Shown: positions 1-8,303 of the stretch, piece after piece
Numbering within the stretch: the stretch's first letter is position 1
Layout: every line of letters begins with the position of its first letter
Sequence record: PQ295796
Origin: Escherichia phage vB_Eco_Lzu_P3
DNA length: 44,829 bases
Strand: one strand, 5' to 3'
The notes under the pieces: generated by a model
Databases searched by the model: none
What the model was told of the DNA's origin: nothing
What the model saw: the letters and a program-made list of their open reading frames with translations, nothing else
Program-made: the position numbers and the translations under genes

Positions 1-127
1 CCCGCTTCGTTATGCGGGGTTCTGTCGCGCCATTTCGTCCAGCGCAACGCGTTCCATTAGCTTGATATCTTTAAACGCACGTTGCGCGTTTTCGATTCCG
101 TGCATCTTAAATAACCATTCCAGTACG
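1..127. repeat. Terminal duplication: 1..127 is identical to 44703..44829 (probable circular-assembly overlap)
   Basis: Compared directly: the window begins cccgcttcgttatgcgg… and ends …ccattccagtacg, both present at each end. 127 bp is a common maximum assembler k-mer size. Confidence 0.8.
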
Positions 128-333
128 CCGTAGTCTATGCCGTATGCCCCGCCAAATCCGGTACGCCACTGCGTGGAGCAATCTGAGAAGACTGCGACTA
201 CCTTAGCGTTGTCGGGCCACAGCGCAACGGGCGGACACACGTCTTCAGGTGTCGCACCCCATAAACTCGCGGCTAAATCTTCTGAGGGTGGCGGCGGGCC
301 ATAAAAGCGCCGCGCCGCCTCAATTAGTTTTTT
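10..333 (-). CDS. Tail assembly chaperone, T-frame extension reached by -1 frameshift from the G frame (GT fusion product)
   Basis: I translated the -1 frame by hand: it is open from the slippery heptamer A_AAA_AAC (minus strand, + coords 327..333) through the ORF-track ORF 10..240 with no stop. Position directly upstream of the tape-measure gene on the circular map matches the lambda G/GT arrangement. Confidence 0.5.
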   Translation of the reverse strand, partial: KKLIEAARRFYGPPPPSEDLAASLWGATPEDVCPPVALWPDNAKVVAVFSDCSTQWRTGFGGAYGIDYGVLEWLFKMHGIENAQRAFKDIKLMERVALDEMARQNPA

Positions 334-686
334 TCACGCAACCCCATCAATTCGAGGTAGTACGACGTATGGAACACGCCGAACGCGCGCGGGTAGTTGA
401 CTACCAGGCGGCGGACGTTGGTAGCATTAAATTCGTCCGGCAAATTCCAGCCTTCAGCGACGTGCATGATGGCCTCGACCATAACGTTAAATCCTTCCGG
501 GTCATTGTCGTCATACTCCGACAATTTGCGCTCAGTGTCCTGCATGGTCTGCGAAAATTCGTCGATAGGGCGGTGGCGCACGGTAAACGTCATTTTGCCC
601 GGTTCGTTCTCACCAGGGCGCGGGATCTCAATCGGCAGCTTAAAGGTAGGTTTAGGGTCAAGTGTGAAGAGTGGTGATTTAGCCAT
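324..686 (-). CDS. Tail assembly chaperone (lambda gpG-like)
   Basis: 120-aa ORF immediately downstream of the major tail protein gene. Start moved to ATG at 686, which has a GGAGAA RBS 7 nt upstream. Ends in ...GLREKN* with the slippery site at its 3' end. Confidence 0.6.
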   Translation of the reverse strand: MAKSPLFTLDPKPTFKLPIEIPRPGENEPGKMTFTVRHRPIDEFSQTMQDTERKLSEYDDNDPEGFNVMVEAIMHVAEGWNLPDEFNATNVRRLVVNYPRAFGVFHTSYYLELMGLREKN

Positions 687-701
687 TATGTAATTCTCCA
701 A

Positions 702-725
702 TAAAAAAGGGGCCGTACTGGCCCC
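702..725 (-). terminator. Intrinsic terminator (GGGGCC-gtact-GGCCCC plus U-tract on minus strand)
   Basis: Perfect 6-bp GC stem followed on the minus strand by TTTTTT. Lies after the major tail gene. Confidence 0.55.
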
Positions 726-755
726 ATATTAACACCCGCTATTTAAGCGACCAAA

Positions 756-1481
756 TTACGACAGCGCCTCGACCAAGTCCTTACGGTAAATAACCATATC
801 GGACTGCATAGTGAGGGTGGACTCCACCGTCTCCACGTTGTTTACTTCAGCAGACGGAATCTTCCGGAAAGACACCTTAGCCGGGTAAATGCGGATCTCA
901 CCTTTGCCGCTTGCCGCTGCCGGGTTGGTGAACTTAATCACAGTGGTTTTCTGTGTGTCGTCCAGGTCTTCCAGAATCGGGCGGATCGGGTCTTCTTCGT
1001 CGTGGGTGAAAGTGTAGGTCTGGACCAACGGGTTTTTCGTGGTGTTCAGACTGATCGCGGTATTCACCTGCAACGGCTGGAAGGTGGTGGTCTGCTGGTC
1101 GCCACCCGACACGGCAACGTTAGTGATAAACGGGAAGTCGATAAAGCTCGACACCTTCACCACCTCACCAGGTGTGCCTACGCCGAAAGCACCGGTCGGG
1201 TATTTGGTGACGTCTTGAGTATCGAAGCGCGCCAGCGTCACGTCGTTAGTATCCACTTTACCCACGATAAACGCGCGGTTAAGCGCACGTACCCACGGGG
1301 TTTTAGTGAACATAACCACGTCCCCCACAGCAAGACCATGCGACGCCGCGCAGGTGATAACGCATCCTTGCGTAAGATCGGAGATTGACGCCGCGGCGTT
1401 GGTCGCTGCCGTAACTGCGATGCCTGCACCCAATACGGACCCAATCTGCACGCTGGACCCGTTAGGAAGTTGATAACCCAT
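756..1481 (-). CDS. Major tail (tube) protein
   Basis: 241-aa ORF with AGGAG RBS, sitting between head-tail joining genes and the chaperone pair. Followed by an intrinsic terminator, typical of a highly expressed tail tube gene. Confidence 0.6.
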   Translation of the reverse strand: MGYQLPNGSSVQIGSVLGAGIAVTAATNAAASISDLTQGCVITCAASHGLAVGDVVMFTKTPWVRALNRAFIVGKVDTNDVTLARFDTQDVTKYPTGAFGVGTPGEVVKVSSFIDFPFITNVAVSGGDQQTTTFQPLQVNTAISLNTTKNPLVQTYTFTHDEEDPIRPILEDLDDTQKTTVIKFTNPAAASGKGEIRIYPAKVSFRKIPSAEVNNVETVESTLTMQSDMVIYRKDLVEALS

Positions 1482-1542
1482 AATGAACGCTCCTGTTTAG
1501 ATATACGGTTTAATGATACAGCACGCGCATAATTGCGCCAAA

Positions 1543-1965
1543 TCAGGCGCAACAGGTGTAGGGGACTGTAACCACGATGCGGGCGCGATCAACGTCCTCG
1601 ACCACCGAACTGGTATAAGGCGAGTCCTGAAGCTGGAAGGCCGCTCCGGAAATCCTTACGGCCTGCCATTTATCCGACGTCGCGATGGCGTCCGCCAGTT
1701 CGCTCGCATACTGTGTACCAGTGCCCGCGGGAAACACTACGGCAACCTGATATACGCCAGCATAGATCCGGCCCTTCTGCTGGAAGCCCACAAACTGGGT
1801 CGGGGCGGGTAGCAGGTACGGCTCCAGGTAGACACCGCTGCCGTTTGCGTGGTCGCCGCTCACGTTCTCCCAGTTAACCTGGATCGGGCGCTGGCTAGTG
1901 CTCAGGCTTACCGATAACTCTTCTACCACGCTGTTAAGCGCTTTGCGGATTGCGGTATTGCTCAT
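1543..1965 (-). CDS. Putative tail terminator / tail completion protein
   Basis: 140-aa ORF in the head-tail joining cluster, translationally coupled to the upstream gene (ATGA overlap at 1965). Confidence 0.4.
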   Translation of the reverse strand: MSNTAIRKALNSVVEELSVSLSTSQRPIQVNWENVSGDHANGSGVYLEPYLLPAPTQFVGFQQKGRIYAGVYQVAVVFPAGTGTQYASELADAIATSDKWQAVRISGAAFQLQDSPYTSSVVEDVDRARIVVTVPYTCCA

Positions 1966-2558
1966 TATTTCACCTTCGAATTAATCTCTGCCGCTACGAC
2001 GCGAACAATCCCCGCGGGCGCTTGTTTACTCCAGCCATACTCAAGTCGCTGCGCGTATGGCACGTTGTTAGTAAACCAGATCGACCCGTATTCACTCGAA
2101 TCGTAATGCGCCAGCACTTCACGTCCCGCGGCTAATGTTGCCGTTCCGGCCTTGTCAACGCGGTCAATAGCACCGACAGCCGGGCGATCAAATGTCACCT
2201 GCCAGTTACCACGGAAGCGCCCGCCGGTGTAATTCTTCGCGGCCCAGCCACGCTGGCGGAATGTCACATTGCCGTTTTTAGTCTTGAATGATACCAGCAC
2301 ACTGGCGTGCTTCTTCTGCCCGCGCTTCAGTTTGCCGCCATTCTTGCGACGCTGTGCGGCGTTCACCTTGTTCGCGTGCTGGCGAGCCATTGCATAAGCC
2401 TTGTTAATCTTCCACCGGCGAGGGTCGCCCACCGGGGAGATCTCAATAAGGCGTCCGAGTATTTGCATCCCGTACGCCCGCACCGCCTTATCGTTGTTCT
2501 CCTTCGTCTTATCCACCCATGTAGCAATAGTGGCGGCGAATGAGTAGACTTCAGCCAC
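1965..2558 (-). CDS. Putative neck / head-tail joining protein
   Basis: 197-aa ORF with GTG start at 2558 and AAGGGG RBS. Function assigned by position between connector and tail genes only. Confidence 0.4.
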   Translation of the reverse strand: MAEVYSFAATIATWVDKTKENNDKAVRAYGMQILGRLIEISPVGDPRRWKINKAYAMARQHANKVNAAQRRKNGGKLKRGQKKHASVLVSFKTKNGNVTFRQRGWAAKNYTGGRFRGNWQVTFDRPAVGAIDRVDKAGTATLAAGREVLAHYDSSEYGSIWFTNNVPYAQRLEYGWSKQAPAGIVRVVAAEINSKVK

Positions 2559-2559
2559 G

Positions 2560-2913
2560 TTAGCCCCTTAGCTGTAGTTGAAACAGCATGGTCTGGCCCG
2601 CCGGTTGCAGGGGGTTGGGATTGACAACCCGGTAGTCTGTATTGTTCAGGCTAACCAAATCCCCGACCTTTACCTGCTTAACGGCCTGACACAAAAACTT
2701 CACATCACCGGCAACGATACGCGTCCCGTCGATCTCGCTCGGCTTGTACTCCTCTCGAAGACCGATGACGTCGAACGACGTTGGCGGGATTATCACTTCG
2801 TCGCCGTCTACGCGGTCAACCGACCCCGGACGCGTCACCGTAGCCGTCATGCCGAACTTTTTAATCAGCGGATTGACTTTCCGCTTTAACCCCGCGTAAT
2901 TAAAGCCCGCCAT
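2560..2913 (-). CDS. Putative head-tail adaptor protein
   Basis: ORF 2560..2919; start moved to the second ATG (2913), which has AGGAGG 6 nt upstream. Confidence 0.4.
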   Translation of the reverse strand: MAGFNYAGLKRKVNPLIKKFGMTATVTRPGSVDRVDGDEVIIPPTSFDVIGLREEYKPSEIDGTRIVAGDVKFLCQAVKQVKVGDLVSLNNTDYRVVNPNPLQPAGQTMLFQLQLRG

Positions 2914-3016
2914 TATCATCCTCCTGTACCGGTGGTTCCGGTTCTGGCGCTGGTTCCGGTTCTGGTTGGCGTTTAGTATTTGCGGCGATAATAGCCGCCA
3001 GAAATGCAGGATTCAT
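2900..3016 (-). CDS. Small hypothetical protein (38 aa, PEPEPAPEPEP repeat)
   Basis: Internal ATG of ORF 2900..3247 with a GGGGG RBS-like run 5 nt upstream. Fills the gap between two head-tail genes. Very short, so low confidence. Confidence 0.25.
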   Translation of the reverse strand: MNPAFLAAIIAANTKRQPEPEPAPEPEPPVQEDDNGGL

Positions 3017-3017
3017 A

Positions 3018-3518
3018 TCACCCCCGGAATACATCAAAATTACCCGCTGCGTTGCCGTCTGAGTCAATCCAGTGGCCCAGCAAGCCATCCCACCACGGGA
3101 ACGAGACACCGCTACCAATCGTCGCAGGGTCATATTCCATCGTGATCGGGCCAACAGTTTCGCGGATAGTCTCCTTACCGCTGCCCACAGGAGAAATATC
3201 AACCTCGTCCGCCACCAACATCGCCAACCTGTAAACGGCTTGCTCAACGGCTACGGGGATTGATGCGAAGTCTACTATTTGCCCTGCAGGCACTACTGCC
3301 AAAACTTCAGTGAGCGTGTCGCGCACCGGCTTACCGTCAGATGGGTAATTGATGCGGGGCCATGCGGCGATGCCTGTCTGGTCCGCGGGTTCTCCGATCC
3401 AGTTGATGCCGTTAAGGAAGTCATTAACGACGGTAAGGTGGCGCGTTGCATCGATCAGCGTGACTTCAACGCCTCGCGCGGCGGCATAATCAATAAAGGT
3501 TTGTGGGTCGCCATACAT
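3018..3518 (-). CDS. Putative head-tail connector / head completion protein
   Basis: ORF 3018..3548; the listed first ATG lies inside the terminator hairpin after the capsid gene. Start moved to ATG at 3518, which has an AGGAGTG RBS. Confidence 0.45.
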   Translation of the reverse strand: MYGDPQTFIDYAAARGVEVTLIDATRHLTVVNDFLNGINWIGEPADQTGIAAWPRINYPSDGKPVRDTLTEVLAVVPAGQIVDFASIPVAVEQAVYRLAMLVADEVDISPVGSGKETIRETVGPITMEYDPATIGSGVSFPWWDGLLGHWIDSDGNAAGNFDVFRG

Positions 3519-3533
3519 TTCATTCACTCCTAT

Positions 3534-3557
3534 AAAAAAGGCGGGCATAAGCCCGCC
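3534..3557 (-). terminator. Intrinsic terminator after the major capsid gene
   Basis: GGCGGGC-ataa-GCCCGCC stem followed on the minus strand by TTTTTT. Confidence 0.6.
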
Positions 3558-3576
3558 CCTTTGGGATGTGCGCCTG

Positions 3577-4677
3577 TTAGGACGCTGTGGTCGCGGTCAG
3601 CGTAACCAGTACGCCCGCCGTTTCCTTGATGTGACGGGTAGGCACTGCCTGTGCGGCCTGGGTCTTACGACGGCCTTTAGTATCGCCATCACCAACGGCG
3701 CCAACATCCTGCACGGTTGCCGGTGCGTTGTCCACCTGGCCCTGGTCCAGTTCCCAGTTAGCGGAAGTGGTAATATCGTCCAGTTTGAACGAGCGAACAC
3801 CTTCGATCGGAGTACGAGCGGACGCCTTCAGACGATAGCCTTTAACAGCCACGTTGAAGTCGAACTCGCCCTGCCACCAGCGCTCAATGTTCTCGTTACC
3901 ACCTTTTTCCTGCGCCAGCATATCAAGGCCATTGGTGGTGACTGCAACCGCGCCAGGGACCAGACCCAGCATTTTACCAGCACCCATTGCATCGGCAGCG
4001 GCATCGGAGATAATGAAACGGCGGCCCAGGCCATCGCCCATTACCTGCAGATCGCCGATCGCGAATACCTGCTCGGCAGATGGAAGCGCCTGGTAAGCAA
4101 TGAAGTTTGCCCAGGTAACGCCGTCCATAAACCAGGACTTAATCAAAGACGCCTGATCGCCGAACTTAGAAGCCGCCAGCGGGAAGTCTGCCAGGGTCGG
4201 GAAGGTACGACCGCCAACGCCGTCAACGCGCGCCGGTTGGGTGTAGTTTGCCGCTGCGTTGCTTTCAATAGCGGCTTTGCCCGCACCGATACCAGCTTTG
4301 AGGTAATGCAGCATAATCGCTTGAGTAGCCTGTGCCGCAATCTCAGCCGCAACGCTGTTAACGTTGGTTTCGATCTTAGCCATCATGGCCTTAGTGATTG
4401 CTACCGGACCCACTTTCGCGGAAAGGTTAACCGAGTTGGTCAGCATACGCGCCAGCACTTTTGCGGTCGCTGGAGTACCGACAGGGGCGTAGGCGTTACG
4501 GTCGGTAACGAGGTTGGCGATCAAGCCTACGGACATTTTTTCTACAACGTCCTTCAGCACTTCACCCGTGCCGAGAACAACAGCGCCGTTAGCGGCAGCG
4601 TTGAACACGTTCAGGTTATCGGGGATCATTTGCGTAACCGCGGTGACGAGTTTACGCTGGAACACTGTTAAAGACAT
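3577..4677 (-). CDS. Major capsid protein
   Basis: 366-aa ORF with AAGGA RBS, preceded by a scaffold-like gene and followed by a strong intrinsic terminator. Size and position are typical of a major capsid gene. Confidence 0.7.
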   Translation of the reverse strand: MSLTVFQRKLVTAVTQMIPDNLNVFNAAANGAVVLGTGEVLKDVVEKMSVGLIANLVTDRNAYAPVGTPATAKVLARMLTNSVNLSAKVGPVAITKAMMAKIETNVNSVAAEIAAQATQAIMLHYLKAGIGAGKAAIESNAAANYTQPARVDGVGGRTFPTLADFPLAASKFGDQASLIKSWFMDGVTWANFIAYQALPSAEQVFAIGDLQVMGDGLGRRFIISDAAADAMGAGKMLGLVPGAVAVTTNGLDMLAQEKGGNENIERWWQGEFDFNVAVKGYRLKASARTPIEGVRSFKLDDITTSANWELDQGQVDNAPATVQDVGAVGDGDTKGRRKTQAAQAVPTRHIKETAGVLVTLTATTAS

Positions 4678-4774
4678 ATCGAAATCCTTTGAGTTGTGAG
4701 CATTCGCTCAGTGTCGTTAATGTTACCTTAGATTTACGCGCTCGCAAAATCGCCCGCTTTCGCTGGCGATCTGC

Positions 4775-5479
4775 TTACTCGTCGTCGCCCATTTTAGCGA
4801 TGATTTCACCCGCCTGTTTCGTCAAGTCAGTGATACCGAAGCTATGACCCATAGTGATTTTAGACTTCACATCTTCGACGACCTGCGTCGGTTTGCTCGG
4901 CGCACCACCGGCTGGCGTGCCTGCCAGGACAGATGCAAAATCGGCGTTACTACGGAACTCTTTTTCAAGTTCGTCCATAGTCAGCGCGGACGGTTTGCCG
5001 TCCTTCAATACCCGCACCTTCAAGCTGCCGTCTTCGCCGTCTTCCAGCGTTAGGCGGTCCATAACGTGGCGTTGCATGATACCCGCATTCTTACCGAACA
5101 GCTTCGATGCCAGGTCTTTGGCAGCGCTGCCGATGGTCAGGTCGTGGATCTGCTTGCGATAGGCTTCGATTTTCCCCGATGTGTCCGCTTCATGTTTTGC
5201 GAACTTATCTTTCCAGGACTTATCGATCGCTTCGAGGTCGCCATTTTTGCGCGCGGCGGCTTCCTCTTTCTCTTTCGCAAGGCGCTCCGCTTCGGCGCGA
5301 CGTTCGGCTTCTGCTTTCTTCTCGCTAACCAGCTTCGCGTTGTTGTCTTTCAGACCCTTGATTTCCGCCTGTACTTCTTCGGCGGTCATGAACGTGGATT
5401 TATACCCATCGCCATCGGCAACAAATAAAGCCTTCATGCCTTCTGGCAACGCGTCATATTCTGCTTTAGTAAGTTTCAT
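4775..5479 (-). CDS. Putative scaffolding protein
   Basis: Lys/Glu/Ala-rich, coiled-coil-like sequence (…KKAEAERRAEAERLAKEKEEAAARK…) immediately upstream of the capsid gene. Start moved to ATG at 5479 with AGGGGGA RBS. Confidence 0.5.
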   Translation of the reverse strand: MKLTKAEYDALPEGMKALFVADGDGYKSTFMTAEEVQAEIKGLKDNNAKLVSEKKAEAERRAEAERLAKEKEEAAARKNGDLEAIDKSWKDKFAKHEADTSGKIEAYRKQIHDLTIGSAAKDLASKLFGKNAGIMQRHVMDRLTLEDGEDGSLKVRVLKDGKPSALTMDELEKEFRSNADFASVLAGTPAGGAPSKPTQVVEDVKSKITMGHSFGITDLTKQAGEIIAKMGDDE

Positions 5480-5568
5480 GCTATCCCCCTGGGATTGTGG
5501 CAAAGCGGGCCACCCGCTTGACTTCACGCCTTAATATTATCAGCGATAAAAATAATCGCAAAATTCGC

Positions 5569-5615
5569 TTGCATTGCGGATGTTGGTTGCATTATATTGG
5601 TTGCACACCAACAGA
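5569..5615 (+). promoter_or_regulatory. Promoter TTGCAT-N18-TATATT, with two TTGGTTGCA elements flanking and overlapping the -10
   Basis: gcTTGCATtgcggatgTTGGTTGCAtTATATTGGTTGCACACCAACA. The -10 plus downstream element is almost identical to the 16.5-kb promoter. Confidence 0.5.
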
Positions 5616-5633
5616 GATATGAAGGAAGACAAA

Positions 5634-5948
5634 ATGACTAACATGACCGTAGCAACTCCAGTAGACGCCGCAATGGCCCGTTTCAATAAAGCTACCGTAG
5701 CGAATACCTTTACCTTTCACGCAATGCGTAACGCGGAAGCGCTGAATCTGTGCCAGAGCATGAATGCATCTGAAGCGGCAAAAGCGGCGATCAACTCCGC
5801 GACATTCGATAATCCGGCTTGCGGCCTGGTTCCGGCATCTTTCATAAACGCCCTGGTCGAAGCCTTTAACGATTTCATGTGCGTCGATGCCGTTGAAGCT
5901 GTATGTGCTCGCTTAACCTCAACCGGCGGCAACATCAAATTTAACTAA
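5634..5948 (+). CDS. Hypothetical protein (first gene of reverse-oriented cassette)
   Basis: Plus-strand ORF inside a minus-strand structural block. Start taken at ATG 5634 with GAAGGAAG RBS. A sigma70-like promoter with TTGGTTGCA elements lies upstream. Confidence 0.5.
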   Translation: MTNMTVATPVDAAMARFNKATVANTFTFHAMRNAEALNLCQSMNASEAAKAAINSATFDNPACGLVPASFINALVEAFNDFMCVDAVEAVCARLTSTGGNIKFN

Positions 5949-5987
5949 ACCAATCGGGGCGAAAGCCCCTAAAATGAGGACATAAAA

Positions 5988-6752
5988 ATGAGACTGACGA
6001 AAGACATTAAAAATCAGATCCTGGCTAACATCCTGCGCGACCACGAAATCGCGGCAGAAGCCAAACAAATCATGATGGACTCTCGCGACCTGGCGTACGC
6101 AATCACGCTGGACTGTATGCCGGAAGGCATTCGCACGTTCGCAGCGCTCCGCGAGCATATCAAGGCAATCCACGATGACCAGTCGCAGATGTACGGCGTC
6201 AGCGTATACACCAACAAGGCGACGTATAGTTATAACACCGACCGCCCGAAGGGTATCGGCAGCGTTTACGACGCCACCTTTGAAATCAACGCAGGCGGCA
6301 ATGTTCGCACCTTGTCCTTGAGCGGTGACGGTCGCCAATTCCGCGTGCATCGCGGATACTGGGAAGAGAAATATATGAATAAGCTCGCGCCTGATCTCGG
6401 CGATATCGTTCCGGGGTTCGAGACAGTTATGCTCGCGTCAGTGTGCGAAGTGGACGAGGAAGGAAAAGCGCTGCCGATATATCTCCCACGCGGTCGCGTA
6501 GACTACCCGGCGGACCATGACTTCTGTAAGCGCCTGGACCGCAACGACAAGGCACGTCGCGAGTTGCGTGCGAAGTATGACGCGTTCAAACTCACCGTTA
6601 CCGGTGTACTGGACCTGCACAATACTGACAAGAAGCTGATTAAGGCATGGCCTGAAGTTGAGCAATTCATACCATACCCGGACAAGCCAAAATCCACGGC
6701 GGTGGCGCTGGACGTGAAAACACTCAACGAGATTTGCGGCATTCCGCGCTAA
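5988..6752 (+). CDS. Hypothetical protein (254 aa, second gene of reverse-oriented cassette)
   Basis: ORF with AGGA RBS, followed by a bidirectional terminator at 6753..6786. No motif I could recognise. Confidence 0.6.
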   Translation: MRLTKDIKNQILANILRDHEIAAEAKQIMMDSRDLAYAITLDCMPEGIRTFAALREHIKAIHDDQSQMYGVSVYTNKATYSYNTDRPKGIGSVYDATFEINAGGNVRTLSLSGDGRQFRVHRGYWEEKYMNKLAPDLGDIVPGFETVMLASVCEVDEEGKALPIYLPRGRVDYPADHDFCKRLDRNDKARRELRAKYDAFKLTVTGVLDLHNTDKKLIKAWPEVEQFIPYPDKPKSTAVALDVKTLNEICGIPR

Positions 6753-6786
6753 CAAAAAGGGGCCATTACGGCCCCTTAATTATTTG
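6753..6786. terminator. Bidirectional intrinsic terminator
   Basis: AGGGGCC-attac-GGCCCCT with A/T tracts on both sides. Lies between the convergent cassette and the spanin genes. Confidence 0.6.
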
Positions 6787-6996
6787 CTGCAACTCCAGCA
6801 CCTGCGCCCTTAGCTTCGCCCCGCATTCCATATTTTTAACATCAATCATCAAATCTTCGTCGGGGTCCGCGGACGGGTTATCGAACTTGCACGGCGGTCG
6901 CAGTGCCGACTCCGTTAGCGGCATCAACGGCACGCTGCTTGATCCGCACGCGCTCAGCGTCAAAATTACAATCAGGGCGGTTAGGGCGCGTAACAT
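6766..6996 (-). CDS. Outer-membrane spanin (Rz1-like lipoprotein)
   Basis: Out-of-frame ORF overlapping the 3' part of the i-spanin gene. N-terminal MLRALTALIVILTLSACG has a lipobox (LSAC), followed by a Pro-rich region. Start at ATG 6996 with AGAGG RBS. Confidence 0.5.
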   Translation of the reverse strand: MLRALTALIVILTLSACGSSSVPLMPLTESALRPPCKFDNPSADPDEDLMIDVKNMECGAKLRAQVLELQQIIKGP

Positions 6997-7207
6997 ATTT
7001 AACAACCTCTTTTGTGATAGTCCGGTATTCCACGTCGCGGGCTTGTTCTGCCTGCACGGAGCGTTCAATTACTTTAGTTTGCTGCCGTTGGGCTCGGGCT
7101 TGCGCTTCTTGCGCCGCCTCCGCCACTACGCCAGTGCGATAGGAGTCACCTAGCCAGAATCCTACCGCCAGACCGATAATCAGTCCAATCGCTGCATATT
7201 TAATCAC
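6878..7207 (-). CDS. Inner-membrane spanin (Rz-like)
   Basis: 109 aa with an N-terminal transmembrane segment (AAIGLIIGLAVGFWL) followed by a charged coiled-coil-like region. GTG start at 7207 with a G-rich RBS. Confidence 0.5.
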   Translation of the reverse strand: MIKYAAIGLIIGLAVGFWLGDSYRTGVVAEAAQEAQARAQRQQTKVIERSVQAEQARDVEYRTITKEVVKYVTRPNRPDCNFDAERVRIKQRAVDAANGVGTATAVQVR

Positions 7208-8303
7208 GCCATAACCCCCGGTTTTTAAGCTGTGCGATAGTCATTAGTTCGCCTGAATCGGTGAACATCTTCGGCACTTTCACGCCGCGCATAATCTGGT
7301 CGGCGCGTTGCACTCCGTATAATTCTTCCAGAATATGGCGCGGCTGGCGCTGCACCCATGAGAAGAAATCAGTCTGCGCGTCGACCTGCTCACTCAGCAA
7401 TCGACCAGCGTCAGCCTTCAGTGCCGGACGCTTACCACTGGGCCAATCTTCCATGCCTTTAACCTTCCACGTCTCCGTAGACCGGCAACAATAATGCAAC
7501 TTGCCCGGCCCAGCGCCATATTGTGACCCAGCCACCATTTTCCCGCCGCGCTTTCCTTTGGTGTCGGGAGTAACATCAACCGGATAAAACAGGCGATCGC
7601 GTAGCTGGCACATGGGAGAAGTATGCGTGTCCAATGTAGATAACCATTGGCGACCTTCGAGAATATCGTCATTTGCTTTTACCATTAGTTCGCGGGCGGT
7701 CGCCGCATAGTGGTTGACTGCTGACTTAACAACGCTTGAGATAGCTTGCGCACTACGACCGCCGAGCGAGCGCCTCACGTCCGCTATAATTTCCATAGTC
7801 GGCTTGCCCTGGATGAATCCGGCGCGCACCTGATTGCCGATCTGCGTTCTGGTCCATTCTGAAAGTGAATCGGGCCATTGCATCAGGGTATTGCCCTGAA
7901 ACGGGTTTTTCATTGCCGTCGCTGCGATCTGCGCACCGGTCACTACGCCAACCACCTCGACCGCAGGTACAGCGACCACCGGCTGGATCGCTGCCGTTAA
8001 TGTGTCGGCGAGATAATCAGCCTCCGTGTCGGCGAACTCCTGAAGGCTTTCAGCTAACGCCTTAAACTCGGTGCGCAGTTCCGTTTTGACGGTCTTGTCC
8101 AGTTGCGTCAACAGTGTGGTAAGTGCCTTGTTACTCATGGTCTTTTTGCCATCAAGTAACTCGGTCAGCTTACCCAGTAACGTGGGCCGGAACTTCTCCC
8201 ACATAGCCAACACCCTTCGCGCCTGGTCATTACTCAGGCGCTGGGTGAAGATGTGTCGGCGGATCATTCGATCCGCCATATATTGATTAATTGTCTTCGC
8301 CAT
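7200..8303 (-). CDS. Head morphogenesis protein (SPP1 gp7 / Mu F-like minor head protein)
   Basis: 367 aa with the LDTHTSPMCQLRD motif characteristic of the SPP1 gp7 family. Lies immediately downstream of the portal gene with an overlapping start/stop. Confidence 0.65.
   Translation of the reverse strand: MAKTINQYMADRMIRRHIFTQRLSNDQARRVLAMWEKFRPTLLGKLTELLDGKKTMSNKALTTLLTQLDKTVKTELRTEFKALAESLQEFADTEADYLADTLTAAIQPVVAVPAVEVVGVVTGAQIAATAMKNPFQGNTLMQWPDSLSEWTRTQIGNQVRAGFIQGKPTMEIIADVRRSLGGRSAQAISSVVKSAVNHYAATARELMVKANDDILEGRQWLSTLDTHTSPMCQLRDRLFYPVDVTPDTKGKRGGKMVAGSQYGAGPGKLHYCCRSTETWKVKGMEDWPSGKRPALKADAGRLLSEQVDAQTDFFSWVQRQPRHILEELYGVQRADQIMRGVKVPKMFTDSGELMTIAQLKNRGLWRD

Noticed and set aside
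1-127. True direct terminal repeats or a cos site at the window ends
   Set aside because: The repeat is exactly 127 bp, starts inside an iteron and overlaps the 3' end of the chaperone T frame. An assembler overlap is more parsimonious, though read-coverage data would be needed to confirm.
249-677. 142-aa plus-strand ORF, and 397..693
   Set aside because: Antisense to the tail chaperone gene, which is supported by RBS, synteny and the frameshift site.
3568-4671. 367-aa plus-strand ORF
   Set aside because: It is a mirror ORF antisense to the major capsid gene, with no RBS and an Arg/Cys/Gly-rich composition typical of antisense frames in GC-rich coding DNA.
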